Assembly (NCBI GenBank): GCA_963924565.1
Contig: OZ004613.1
Location: 21,142,001-21,206,000, forward strand
Length of the DNA: 64,000 nucleotides
Direction of reading: 5' to 3'
Source of the DNA: Ascidiella aspersa
Taxonomy: Eukaryota
Shown: in pieces, positions 1 through 13,300 of the stretch
How the letters are laid out: every line of letters begins with the position of its first letter
Numbering within the stretch: the stretch's first letter is position 1
The notes under the pieces: model-generated
The model's input: only the letters and a program-made list of their open reading frames with translations
What the model was told of the DNA's origin: nothing
The model's database searches: none
Program-made: the position numbers and the translations under genes

Positions 1-203
1 AAAAGAGTAAAGAATTAAATGCGTTAGTCTAAGTAGGTTGCATTCCTCAGCTCTACTTTTGTATAAAAAACGAGATATTGGAGAAATATACAGCGATGAC
101 GTTATAAACTGCTGGAAAAACACGTTAATTGGATCTGTTTGATAAGTGAATAAAGCAATGTTATTTAAGTGAATAAAGCAATGTTATTTTATGGTAATTG
201 TGG

Positions 204-601
204 TAGTGGCGTAGCCAGCCGAAAATTTTTTTCGGGGCGCCAAAAAGTTTGAACTTTTTTGCTTAGGTTTTACCAGTGTATTAACTGCCTTAACGAACAC
301 AAATAACAATGCTAGCAAACCGTTTCGAGCAGCAGCTGACTTAGTGTTCGCAATACTCACAAACCATTCAAAGAGCAAAAACTGACTAAAAGTAGTAAAA
401 GTAAAACTGCGTTAATGTATAGCAAACGTTATAATAACTACATCGTTTATGACGTAACAGTGCATGACAATTGAAGGTGTGACATGTCTGTGATCGACTG
501 TTGTGGTACTGCTCATAAATGCTACAAAACAAATTATTAGGAATAAAATATTTATAAATTTTGGGGGGACATGGCCCCTGCGCCCCTTGGCTATGCCTAT
601 G
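204..601. mobile_element. MITE, hAT-like
   Basis: Perfect 8-bp flanking duplication aattgtgg (196-203, 602-609); imperfect TIRs tagtggcgtagcca / tggctatgcctatg. Confidence 0.65.
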
Positions 602-1239
602 AATTGTGGTTGAAGCAATAAACAAAATGGAAGTAGACCAATAGGCCTCTGACTACCATACAGCCCCAGGCCCATGAAAACCTTAATCCGGCCCTGCACG
701 ACGCGACGAAACATGTCTGACTGTTGACTTGTCGGTCGTGCTTGAAAGCGACTCTGTCCAATGTCAAAATATATTTTACCGTAGGTTAGCACTTTTAAAG
801 TTAAAATTGCATTACGGTATTTTAAATTCCTAATAATTACAATTAGAACAAACTGTAAAAGGCCTTTCAACCGTTCCAGGATTAGGCCTATATTTCCATA
901 ATAATTTAAAATAATATCTGTTAAACCTTTTAAAATAACATTCCTAACATAAAACCTTCGAAAACCCGTAAAAAACGTGGTTTCTATAAAAAAACATATT
1001 TCGACACGACAAAAAGTAGTGCACGCGCTATCTCGACCTCGTTGAAAACGCGTTTAGTCGTATCTGTCATTTTTTGAATTAGCAGATTTAAGTATTCTAT
1101 TTTAATTTCGGAAAAAAAAACTTTTGTTTTTAAATCTGGCGCCATTTTGTTTTAATATGTTACTGTCTGCAAACATCATAAAGTTACTCCGTTTAAAGCG
1201 GTACTTGTTTTTTTTTTGTTTTATTACCCTCTACATTAG

Positions 1240-1335
1240 ATCTTTGTGAAGAAGAATGTCTAAATGGCGGTTCATGTGTTGGAACAAACAAGTGTGATTG
1301 TCCTGGAGATTATCATGGCCACCGATGTCTATATA
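1240..1335 (+). CDS. EGF-like domain exon (first visible exon, phase 1-1)
   Basis: After ctacattag the exon reads DLCEEECLNGGSCVGTNKCDCPGDYHGHRCLY, a 6-Cys EGF pattern, followed by a gtagga donor. Not in the ORF track. Confidence 0.8.
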
Positions 1336-4300
1336 GTAGGAACTAGTGTTATATATACTTTTTAGACACAATTCTTTGTACCGGTATTGTACAACATACA
1401 ATTTCTTCCCAGCCGGATACAGCCGTAGTTTGGAATCTGTAATAGATCTTAATGCAAACATCGAGGGTCGGATGTGTTCAATGTTTGGCGCCGGCACTGT
1501 AATAACATTTGATGGACATATCTACGATTTTCCTGGTAGCTGCCAATATGAGTTTGTGTCCTCTGCTGGTTTACCAGATTTTAAGGTACCGGTACAATTA
1601 GTCTGGGTCAATAACGTTTATGGATGTTTACTTTGCAACCTGTATATTATTTTTGATATTTATAACTTCAATATTATCTAAATTTCGAATTTTTGCATTT
1701 ATAATTTAATATACAAAAGCTTTTACTTGTTTTAATGCTGTTTTTTGAAACTTTGATAAACATAATGTTGTGTTTAATTACGTCTATGGTAATTTTACAT
1801 TTATATTTAGGTCTTGGTAAGAAAAAACCCTAACTGCACTGCAAATGACAAGTATTCATATCCTGCAGAGGGTTGTATAAAGTCGGTTACGATTTACATT
1901 GCAGCATCTAATAAAAAAGTGGTGATGACAAATCAACTGGTCAGACTTGACAATGAAATGTAAATTTACTAAGATTTTTCCAAATTTAGTTATGTAGTAA
2001 TACATTGTAATACAAAACAATTTTGTTATCCATTAACTAATTGCTACAGGTCTTTGCCAGATTTTTTGTTTGAAACTGTTATTACTTGTGCATAGGCAAC
2101 TAGGTAAAACACTAATATAGCTTGTTTATTATACCACTCCAACTAATATTAAAAGAAAATGAATGAATGGCTGACGGTAGGAAATGCAAACTATAGTAAA
2201 TCTTATTCAGTTTTCGGTTCTATCTATTATGTTAAGCCTAATATAAAGCATTATTACAAAAGACAGCAGTCCTCAATTTTTAACATAAAAATACTGTGTT
2301 TAGCCAATCATTGCCTTTTGATGGATTTGGAATATTGCTCAGTAGAATTGAACCATTTACAGTATTCACCCTTGGTGACTTGACTGTAAGGTTGGATAGG
2401 TTTATGAGTTCAGTCCATGTTATTCTTGATCCTTTTGACTACTACAATAAAACTGCAGGACTTTGTGGAAACTTTAATGGAATAAGTTCAGATGATCTAG
2501 TGACAAAACAAGGTATTTAACAAACAGTGTTATTTAAGAAAGTGTTCTCATCATTGTTGGTAGCCCCATGAAGAGAATTCATCTCTAGTTTAGATTTACC
2601 GTATTCAGCAATGGCATGTTTTTTAGGTTCGACTGTCACTGGAGATGTAACTGGACATATCGTTGCTAAAACCTGGATTGAAAAGGATGTAAATGAAATT
2701 TGTCATGACATTGATATGGTAAAGGAGAATCTTACCGATTGTAGAAAAAACAGTGTAAGTATAGCTTAATGTATATTTTGGGGTGTCTCTCTTTTTCTAA
2801 TGAAATGTTTTTTAGCATGTAGAAAAGATCTGTAACATTTTGTGGGCATATTTTTCATCATGCCACTCTGTGCTTAATCCAAGCAAATATTACGACCTGT
2901 GCAAGACTGAGTTATGTCGGTGTGATTACATGAAACATGGGGATTGCCAATGCCAGGTTGTCACCCTATATTCAAGAAGTTGTGCTCTCGCTGGAGGGAC
3001 ACCCCCTGACTGGAGATTAGAGAACCAATGCTGTAAGTTCAACAACTCTATATAGTAAAATAAAATGTGTTTTAATTGTAACAAAAGAAAGACTGTATTT
3101 TACTTCACAACTTAGCATTCAATTTTTTAAAAACTAATAATTTCATAGTTTTAAAAAAATTATTAATAAATATATATGTTTTGTGCACGCATTAGCTCAG
3201 TGTATGACAATATACTGTGGTGCAGTGTCATGGGTTGTTATTGTGAATTGACAAATTGATTGTTGTGTTTTAGTAAGACGATGTCCTGCAAAACACAACT
3301 GGCTTGAATGTGGAAAAGAATCTCCACAAACATGTGTAATGCCTCACCTTGTACCAAATCAACTCTGCTTTGATAGATGCCAGTGTCCATATGGTGAGAA
3401 ATTCATTTTTTAGTTTAGCTTTTCACATTGTTTTATGACTAAAAGACTTTTCTTAACTCACTGTTTAGAAATGACTTGACCTTGAATTGAATCGGTTAGA
3501 CAAATAAATTACACTACTTTTTAAATTGAATACATTATAGGAAAATTGGGTTATTTGGCCAATTATTATATATAATAAATTTTAACTTGCTGTTTGTTGT
3601 GTTTTATTGTGTTACATACTTTATGTGAAATATCACCCAGAATATAACACGTTTACCAAGTTTAAAACTTTAACATATATTTTTGGTGATAATGCTATGC
3701 TTGGATTTGACTTACATTGATAATGAATTGGACTAGGATTTGACTTGGTACAAGTTAATTTGCAAATAACTTGATTGGGACTTAAGTCATTTAAAACTGA
3801 CTTGTTTAGAACTCTGGCTCTCAACGACTTTTAGCGTAAAATAATGTTGTGTTTTTGATTTTAGAATGGACACAAAAAAATAGTAGACCTAGGCCTAAGT
3901 GTAGTTTACTTAAATAAGCAACTATGGCAAAATACAATATGAAAAGTGGTCCACCGGATAAAATCAACAAAACAGTTATTTTTCTTTAGAAACGATGAAA
4001 ACCTAAATATGATACACAACAAGCAGTTTACTTATTGTCCGATTAATCACATATTAATATTGTAAACACTTTTTTTGATACAAAAACACTTATTTTGATA
4101 AAAATATTTTTTGATTTGCACATTCTGCAAGATCTTAATATAAAGATAATATCTATAAATAAATTTTCTAAATATAATTACAGTAAGTTTATCCCAGACA
4201 GTAAACGCGCGGCAGCCGCCCAAAGGCCAAAGTAGTTTTAACTTTCTAATGGTCATGGGGTCTGTTGCGTTGAAGGCCACTAGAACACACGGCTTAAGCA

Positions 4301-7300
4301 ACACTTACTCTGGGATATTACAACATCTATTTTGGCTAAAGCTTAATGGTTTAACACAGTGCGTTTGACAAAATTTAGGCAAAGTATACGCAAAACATAT
4401 CGCGCTTGTTGCAGTAGTTTAATTAAGTATTTGTTCGTCTTTACAGGAACGTACGAACATTCTGGTGATTGCACAGTGCTGTCGAACTGTCCATGCATTC
4501 ACAGGGATCACGAATATCGCCCGGGCGAAGTCACCAGCACCTACAACTGCAATAGCTGGTATGGAATTATGACCATGTGTTTTTTATGAATTCGTCGACA
4601 TAATACTCCAAAACAAAAAGCCATCGTAGACTCACCGAAATCCGATCAATGTTGCAAACAGGGCAGGCTAGAACAGTGGTTCTTAAACTGGGGGGCGTGT
4701 GAAGTTCACAAGGGGGCGCGAGAAATGAACAAACTCTGATGAATTATGACTAAACATTAGGGCGAAGTAATATTTCCCTGCTACTAATCCTCGAATTAAA
4801 CATTTGGTATCCAAAAAACAGTATAATCCTGTACTAATGATACGTAAGCCGTAATCGTTGGATAAAAAGCAGCCTAAAAGGGCTAGATCACAGTGGTTAA
4901 CACACATATATGTGCGACTGTGCGTGTATATTTCTTCGATATAATGCTTAATTTTTCAATTTAAAGAGGTCTGTTCGAGCATATACTGTATATATTTTTT
5001 TCGAAATGTTAGCATAAGTAATATGTTACATATACTTTAGGGGTCCTTCGGATTACGATAAAGCGATTATGCATTTTTAATATTGACGTATTTTAGGCTA
5101 AAAAAAAACATAACAAAACTGAATGCGCTGGTTTAAAGTGTAAATGTACAGCAAAATAAAGATAGATGACTTACACGGGTTAATTTAGAGGCCACCAAAC
5201 CAATAACAGCAATCGTAGTTTAAAAAGATACAGGAGAGTGCCTATAGCACAATCATTCTCAGCTATATACCCACACTTTCAACCACTCTGACGTCCCTCT
5301 GACTCCCAAACTCTTGCCGCAGCATCTGTAGCTCAGGCCAGTGGCAGTGCGACCCGTCCCTGTGTCCGGGTACCGCGCACGTGTTCGGCTTTGCCCACTT
5401 CAAGACCTTCGACGACCGTTTTTACACGTTCGACGGCGCGTGCAAGTACGTCTTCGCCAAGGACGACGTGGACAACAGCTTCGTGATGTACCTGGAGGGC
5501 ACCGAGTGCGGTTCGGACCCCGGTGTCACTTGCATCAAGTCCTTCACTGTTCTGCTGACGATTAACGGCCTAGTGCAGGTATTGCTTACGCGGCGAGTTT
5601 GCTTGTGAGGTAAAGCCTGGGCAGTTTACGTCCCCACAATAATTTATTTTTTTCGTTGTCGTAAAGTTTGTGTGTAATCCGCTTTCGTATATATGCTTCA
5701 TGCGGTGCTACAATTATTTACATGAAACCGATAAATACGTTTTCTCTCAATTTTTTATTCACCTTGCACCCGCAACGAAAAATACAGGCCAAGTATATTT
5801 AAATAAAATCAAAATTGTTTTTAAAAATTTAAATATATGTGAAATTAATTTTTTTAATTTTATTAAGTACACATTCGCCAAATGACGGAAGAAAATTCTA
5901 TTTGATTAAACTTGTTAAGCATTAAAATTTAGTGTGATATTAAGACTAAAAAATACGTAGGTTTTTGTTGTATGGGAATTTCTTAGTTGCCATTTTTGTT
6001 TTTGCAGGAAATTACATTTCGGGAAAGTGCGACAGTCAATATCAACAAATATGACGTCAAACTTCCCTATCAATCAGGTACTTATTTTCACTTGCTTCTG
6101 ACTAAGGCGTTTTACTGTGTATCATTCTTTCCAAGTCTACCGAAACATTGCGTTGCTCACATAGTGTGTTCTTAAATAAAACAATAAGTATCGTTTAGTG
6201 TTTCTTGTACACTTGAACCCACAAAGACTTGCACACCTGCAAAATTGTGACTTTAAATGTAACTGGGCCAACGTAAGTCAAACTAGTAATAACTCTCCCA
6301 CGATCTTCTCTTTCAGGGGACGTTTACATTTGCCAAGAGTCGTCGCTTTACATTCACCTCCATCACGGCTATACCGGTATCGATGTACTGTGGAATGGCC
6401 ACGATACACTTTACGTCACTGTGCCTCGGTCATATCAAGGTAAAGTACATTTTATGTAAACATAATTACAAATAGGGAGTTTTGATAGTTGCGTTTTATC
6501 CCGCTGCCGATACTCGATATTTTGGACGAATAGTTTCGCTTTCCGATCCGATAACAAATGACGTCGTTGCTTTCTCCAACAAACAATATAGGTTGGAATT
6601 GAAACATTTAAAGCCCTTTTTAAGGTTTTAAAGCCAAAATTATTTGATTTAAAGTTAAGAAGTTCAGTTATCTTATGTTGTAAACCTATATTATGTTTTC
6701 ATTTTCAAGGCAGAAATCGTTGCAGTGTTACTAATCATGTCTGAGATTCCTATATAATTTTACTATCGAATCTGCACGCCCTAAATTCTGATCTACCACC
6801 CTAAAATCGTACGAATACCGATGCTAACACTTGGCATCGGGAATCGGCTTTTTTGATAACGATATTTTCGGACATAATTAAAAAAAACGGCGAAGATATT
6901 TCGCCGTTTAGTGTAGGCGGTAAAGGTCGTTCGCAACAATTTTTGCAGTTTTATTGGTAATATCTTGTAGTTACGTGGACTAGATTTAGGGGGTCCATGA
7001 AAGCCTAATTGAAATATTAGTGTATAATTAAGAAGTAATCAACTTCTCAAAATAAACAGTTTAATTAAAAACAAAGCGCCTTTCCGTAATGTATCAAGAC
7101 TCATTTCACTTTCAGATTTTAGACCGAAATGTTTTGTAAAGTCTATTTGTATGGTGACGTAAATTTCATGACGTCATCTATAAGGACATTGCAACTCTTT
7201 TAACGAAATTTTTGCAAATAATTTTTTATTGGCCATTTTTTTTCTTCTTTTACCATAGGCAAGCTTCGCGGTCTTGCTGGCAACTACAACGGAAACGCTG

Positions 7301-10300
7301 CCGACGATTTCATCTCTGCTCAGAACATTCTCGAAAGCACCCCGGCTTCTTTCGGCAACTCGTGGAAGCTGAATAACGATTGTAATGACGTCACTACGAT
7401 CAACGTGAACCCGTGTGAATTAAACAGCGATAAAGGTATCAACTCGGTATAGTTGCAAAATACTGATAAATTTTCATCATAAAACATGTAGAAAAGTAAC
7501 CTGCCTTTTTAGTACAACAAAAAAATGTCTAATTACATAGAAAAAAGGCGCCAAACCATTTTTTAATAAAACCTATTTTTTAAAAAGATCTTTTTGAAAA
7601 TTATGAATCAAGGTTTTTACTAGGCCTTCATTGGCCCCAAAAACTAGTACCCCTAAGTTGTCGATCGACCCTAGTTTAAGAACTCACTACACTACGTCAC
7701 TACGGGTTAAAAAGTTAATATACGTCCAATGGTTGTATCAAACCGGTTACCATAAACTTGTTTCAGTCTTGAAAGTTACGGTAACCGGTTTGATTCTGTT
7801 TTTTGAGAAGGACAAGTTACAAAGTAGTTATAACACTTTCGATTTCCAAATAAGGTTGAATTTTATTAACATATGGATTTCCAATAATAATTAACAAAAA
7901 CTCTTAAGCCAAACATCCGATTTAGCTTATTTTGAATTATTTTCAATAGTATTTTTAATAGTATTTGTTTCGGCGTTTTTTCTTCATCAAAATAAAAATG
8001 CAAATCATTTGCAAGAAACAAAATCCACAAAGAATTGAATTTTTAACGTTTTTTGCGCCGAATTTTGAAAACTTCGCTTCTTCGGGAATTCCCCCACGCC
8101 TTTGAAGTAGTGAGCATTTCCTAAAACGCAAGAAACCGCCTTTTCCGTCTTCACGATATTGTTTTGTATTTTGTTTTCGACATTTGCCATCTTATACTTT
8201 TGCATGCAGAGCCGTACGCGCGCGAGGCATGCGGCCAGATCTACGGCACCAAGTTCTCCGAATGCCACAACGACGTGAACCCGGAGCCCTACTACCACAA
8301 CTGCATGTACGAGTTCTGCGAGTGCACCAAGGACATGAACAGCGAGTGCATGTGCGACGCACTGGCCGTCTACGTGCAGAAGTGCGCCTTCCAAGGGGTC
8401 AAACTGAACTGGAGGAAAGAAGGATTCTGCGGTACGCTGAATATAGGCTATGCTATCAGAATACTGTACAGGACACGAGCTTTTTTTTAATCTGTAGTCC
8501 AGTCAATAATCTTCTTGCGTGTTATATAACTGCACCGAGAACTAGTTAGCAACTTTACACTTCTAAGCCTGTGAACCAAATATTTTTTTATAAAGCGCAT
8601 CAGGTCATCTGCGAGCTCTATCTTTTACAACAATTACCATTCTTTTTTTCATAACAAAAGCGATAATGTTGTTAATTATTAATTTGAAACTGTGGTTTAC
8701 CTTTCAAATGATACTATTATTCGTTGATCAATGTCAGTTGCGACCGAACTACTCTCTTATAGAGATAAAATATAATCAAATTTTTTTTGGATGCAATTCC
8801 AAACTATAGTTTAAAAATAAATAACTAACGATCAATTTACATTTTCGTTTAACAACAATCAAATCGTTAACGTTTAAAATGGGACGTAAAAAGGGTCCAT
8901 AGACACAGTTAACCTATTTGTGGAACCCTCTTTTAGAGCTGAATTGCGAAGGAGGGCAAATCTATCAGTCGTGTGGTTCGGGCTGCGGCCACGATTGTCG
9001 ATCTCTTTCTGTTCCCGAAGTGTGTACATTGGACTGCGTGGAAGGATGTAATTGTCCTGATGGAATGTACCTCAATCAACAAGGTAGCATAAGCGCGGAA
9101 TTTAAGGCGTCAAGTGTATTTCAATACATTTGCGATTCTTGAATTTTACGCTTCGAATACAATATTCAATCCGCTTATTTCAAATTTCCCCCTTAACTGT
9201 CACTATTACCTTATACAGCGTTGCCTCAAAGTCTTTGACCATTTGTCGGTCTTTAAATGTCTTTGAATTGAATTGAATTGCGTATTGAAATTTCTTTAGA
9301 AAAATCCTATGTTATTTCAACAGTCTTTGATTTTATTTTATTTATAGTTTTGGCTTCAAGTTTAAACGGTATACCGTTGCAAAACATTTTTTTTACCAAT
9401 TGTTCTTGTGGTAAACATGTCATTTATACTCTTTTTTTATTATTTTAAAAAACGTTGAGCAATTCAATTTAATTCTTTGAAAAGTTATAAATTGTCTTTA
9501 AAAAGTAATTTAATGTGTTAACTTTTTTTTTTGATAAATCCTGTGGCAACGCTGTTATATTGTACGACACGATTTTGTTAGCTAAAAACAGAGTAAGCAT
9601 TTTAAAGAAATGTTTATTGTCGACATGAACATCATACATTACTTTACAGTGTATTTTAATTGTTAGTAAATCTTGAATACTATCAAGCTATACTGAAATA
9701 GTTTCTTTCATTCGCTACAAATGCAAACTAAATCATTAATGTAAGTGAACGACACATAAACTACTTTAGGCGTTTGCGTGGAGGACGTCGACTGTCAATG
9801 TTATCATCTCGGAACTTGGTACGAACCAGGCCAGACCATTCACACACCAGGCATTTTGTGGTGAGTGTCCTTCCTTGCAAAGGATTTCTGTAATACTTTA
9901 ATAGCCTATACTCGTGCACGCTCTTAGGCATCACAGTTATGTGGTACCGGAAACGACGTTATACTGAATTAGGCTCCAATAAATCTGTCCTTTAAAAATT
10001 GTGATAATAGAACATGGAACACGAATGTGTTCGAATGACCAACCGATAAAAACCAACATCTGCTTGTAGGAGTTAAATCAAACGAAACAAAATACTTTCA
10101 ATTTAGAACGTTCGATTATCGTGTTTTCACACATTTTCCAGCTAAGGGCAGTGTTTCTCAGCCTTTTATGGCTAGTGGCACCCCTCAGGAAAAATAAATA
10201 GATTACAGCACCCCGAGAAGATTTTTCCGTAGACAATTCACTATAATGTCACAATAAAAGGCACTGAAAACACGCACATTAACTCTACACAACGTAGGAA

Positions 10301-13300
10301 GTTATAATTGGATTTATTACACTCTAATCTTACACAAAAAGATCTAAGAGACCAAAATCAGAGTCCCAAATATGTTGCACCCTCGAGGATTAGAAATGGC
10401 ACCGCGGGGTGGTCACCCCTGTTGTGAACCACTACGCGTCACCCCTGTTGAGAACCACTACGCGTCACCCCTGTTGAGAACCACTACGCGTCACCCCTGT
10501 TGAGAACCACTACGCGTCACCCCTGTTGAGAACCACTACGCGTCACCCCTGTTGAGAACCACTACGCGTCACCCCTGTTGTGAACCACTACGCGTCACCC
10601 CTGTTGAGAACCACTACGCGTCACCCCTGTTGAGAACACTGAGCTAAGGAATATGCCACCACAAAACAATAACATACACAATACTTGAACTTTCGTGCTT
10701 TCAACAGCCAGTGCATTCGTGGACGCATCCAGTGCGAGGGAACAGAGACAGCGCCTTCTCTCTGTCCCGACGGCCAAGTCTACCACAACTGCACTGCCAA
10801 AGGTTCGTTTGACATCACATCGGCTTCCGGGATGGAATGCGCCAAGACTTGCACCAACAAGGATCTGCCTTGCCCGGACACCCTCTGCTTATCAGGTAAA
10901 AGCCCGTCTCTGTGCCATTCAAACTTTGTAATGTTGGACGACATTTTTGTTGTTAAATACTAGTGATTTCTCAAACTTATTTGGTTTGTTTAAAAAAAAT
11001 ATCCGCCGGCATATTTCCTTACAATAATATCATAACTTAACAATCGCCCCTAATACACGACAGTACAATAGGCAGATAACATAACAATATTAGTATAAAA
11101 ATATTATATATATATATTATTTATTCTCGATTACTTGCTTGCATGCTTAATGCTTATGCCTATTGTAAAACGAAAAAGCCGTTTTCCAAAATTGCTTTTT
11201 CGCAGCACACAATTTGAGAATTAATGTTGTAGCCGATTGGTTAATAATATATTGAGGTAACTTCAATTTTTATTTCCGAAGCTCGTCAACGATTCTATAC
11301 GTACTATAAAAAAACGCAACCCATCGATGTTGTGCTGACATAATTAAAGGTATTTACGGGATAGTGGTTCCTAAACCAGGGTGTGAGGACGTCTTGGGTT
11401 TTTATAAGGCAGTCTTATGAGTTAAACACATAATCTTTCAATTCATTGGCTGATAAAATTTAATAGAATGAATACATTGTTGTAATTAGACTTTAATGAC
11501 GTATATATTTATATACATATCAATAGTACAGAACTGAATCTGTCGATCAATGATACAAGCAGGGCAAGCTAGAAAAACACCTAGCCTGCAGCGAGTTTCG
11601 AAACCACGACCCCCGACCGTACTGTGACTGTCGCTCTATCAACTGGGCTAGGCAGGCTCAGAGGGGTGCGAGTCGAGAAACAACCACGGCGCCAATGCTT
11701 GCCACATTCTGTGTATCTTTCATTAAATTATGTGGTACTTATAGATCCCCTTCAATATCAAGTTGCTTGTACTAACAGTTTTAATAATAATCAATTTAAG
11801 TTCTCCATAATTTAAGTGATGCAAAAGGAATGTGTCTTAAATAATTAAAATAATTTAATGGTTTATCAATATTGCCAAATATTAATAATAGTTAAATAAT
11901 CAATATTAATAATAGTTAAATAATTTAATGGTTTATCAATATTGCCTTTAACTGCAAAATAGAGTTAACATATAAGCCGTATAGATCGCATCACTTTTGA
12001 AGAATGTAAAACCGTAAACATGCAGTAGAATCAGGGTTGTATTGAAGTTAAGTCGTGGGGCATATAATAATTTTAGGTACATTTTCCCGTTTTTGCAGGT
12101 TGCAGCTGCCCGCACGGTTATGTATGGCACAATGACAAATGCGCGGAACCGTCGACCTGCCCGTGCTATCACAACAATAAGGAACACGACAATGGGGATA
12201 GCATTGATGTTGACTGCAACAAATGGTATATTTGTAATATTTATCGACTAAAATTATTACGAGTTTAAGGAAAAATTTAACTTTTAATTTTGAGAAACAC
12301 AAGCTACTTTTTGAATGTTAACTATGCGTAGATTTAACGTTTTGTCTTACCAGACAAATATCAGAGATAAACAATTTTAATTAATTTTGATTTTATTATT
12401 AATTATGTTGTTATGTTTGTTGGCTCAAAACAACACTCAATCACACATGCGAGATGAAATTGAAATAATTTATTTAAAACACTTCCTAAGCTTTCGAACA
12501 CTTACCAATACATAAGAACGTTTTCACAACCTCATTAAGTTCTAACAGCGCCGACGAATTTATCAGAAATGTTGATTTTCTTAAAATCTGTAATAGTGTT
12601 GTATACGCGTTTCGGTAATGTTAATCTGAGGCAGTACTTCACGAATGACATATCTTTTCTGTGTTCCTGTATGTTAGCACTTGTTCAGCTGGGTCGTGGG
12701 AATGCACGCACAAGTCTTGCGGTGGTCAGTGTAGCGTGTCTGGCGAATCCCATTTTAGATCGTACGATTACAAGTGGTTCGACTTCGCTGGCAACTGCGA
12801 GTACATTTTAACCACGGTTTGTTGTTAGAATTTACATTCATTTTGTAATGCACTTATACAAACTTTGATAAGGCCCATTTAACATTTTGTACTGAAAATC
12901 GTGTTTTTACTTTATGGGGTTTATAGATTTATTTGTTTGTTGTTTTTATATCAAATAAATGCAAATAATGAAATGTCAAGGTAAATTTTAGTTGTATCCT
13001 TTGTAGAGATAGACCGATATAACGGGTAACCGAAAATATCGGCCGATATTTGACTTCTACCGATATATCGGTATCGGCAAATGTAGGCCGATATTTTAGT
13101 ACGAAAGTACGATATAATTTTTCCTGCACAAAAAACAACTTCTCCATTTTTTGATAAAAAAATTGGGTTTTAGCATCACGTCAAGTTAATATGCAAAATA
13201 ATAGTCCAATAATTAATAAAGGTATATAAACTAAAACGTTATTTGGATTTTTTTCAATTAATTCAAGTTTTGAACATTTCCCATGTCTATAAAAAAATTG

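Noticed and set aside
1157-1200. Possible start exon MLLSANIIKLLRLK
   Set aside because: Its donor is phase 2 while the next exon needs phase 1, the intron would be only 39 nt, and it is a poor signal peptide.
10414-10641. CRISPR-like array of 26-bp repeats
   Set aside because: Units are contiguous with no unique spacers, lie in a eukaryotic intron and derive from a MITE end.
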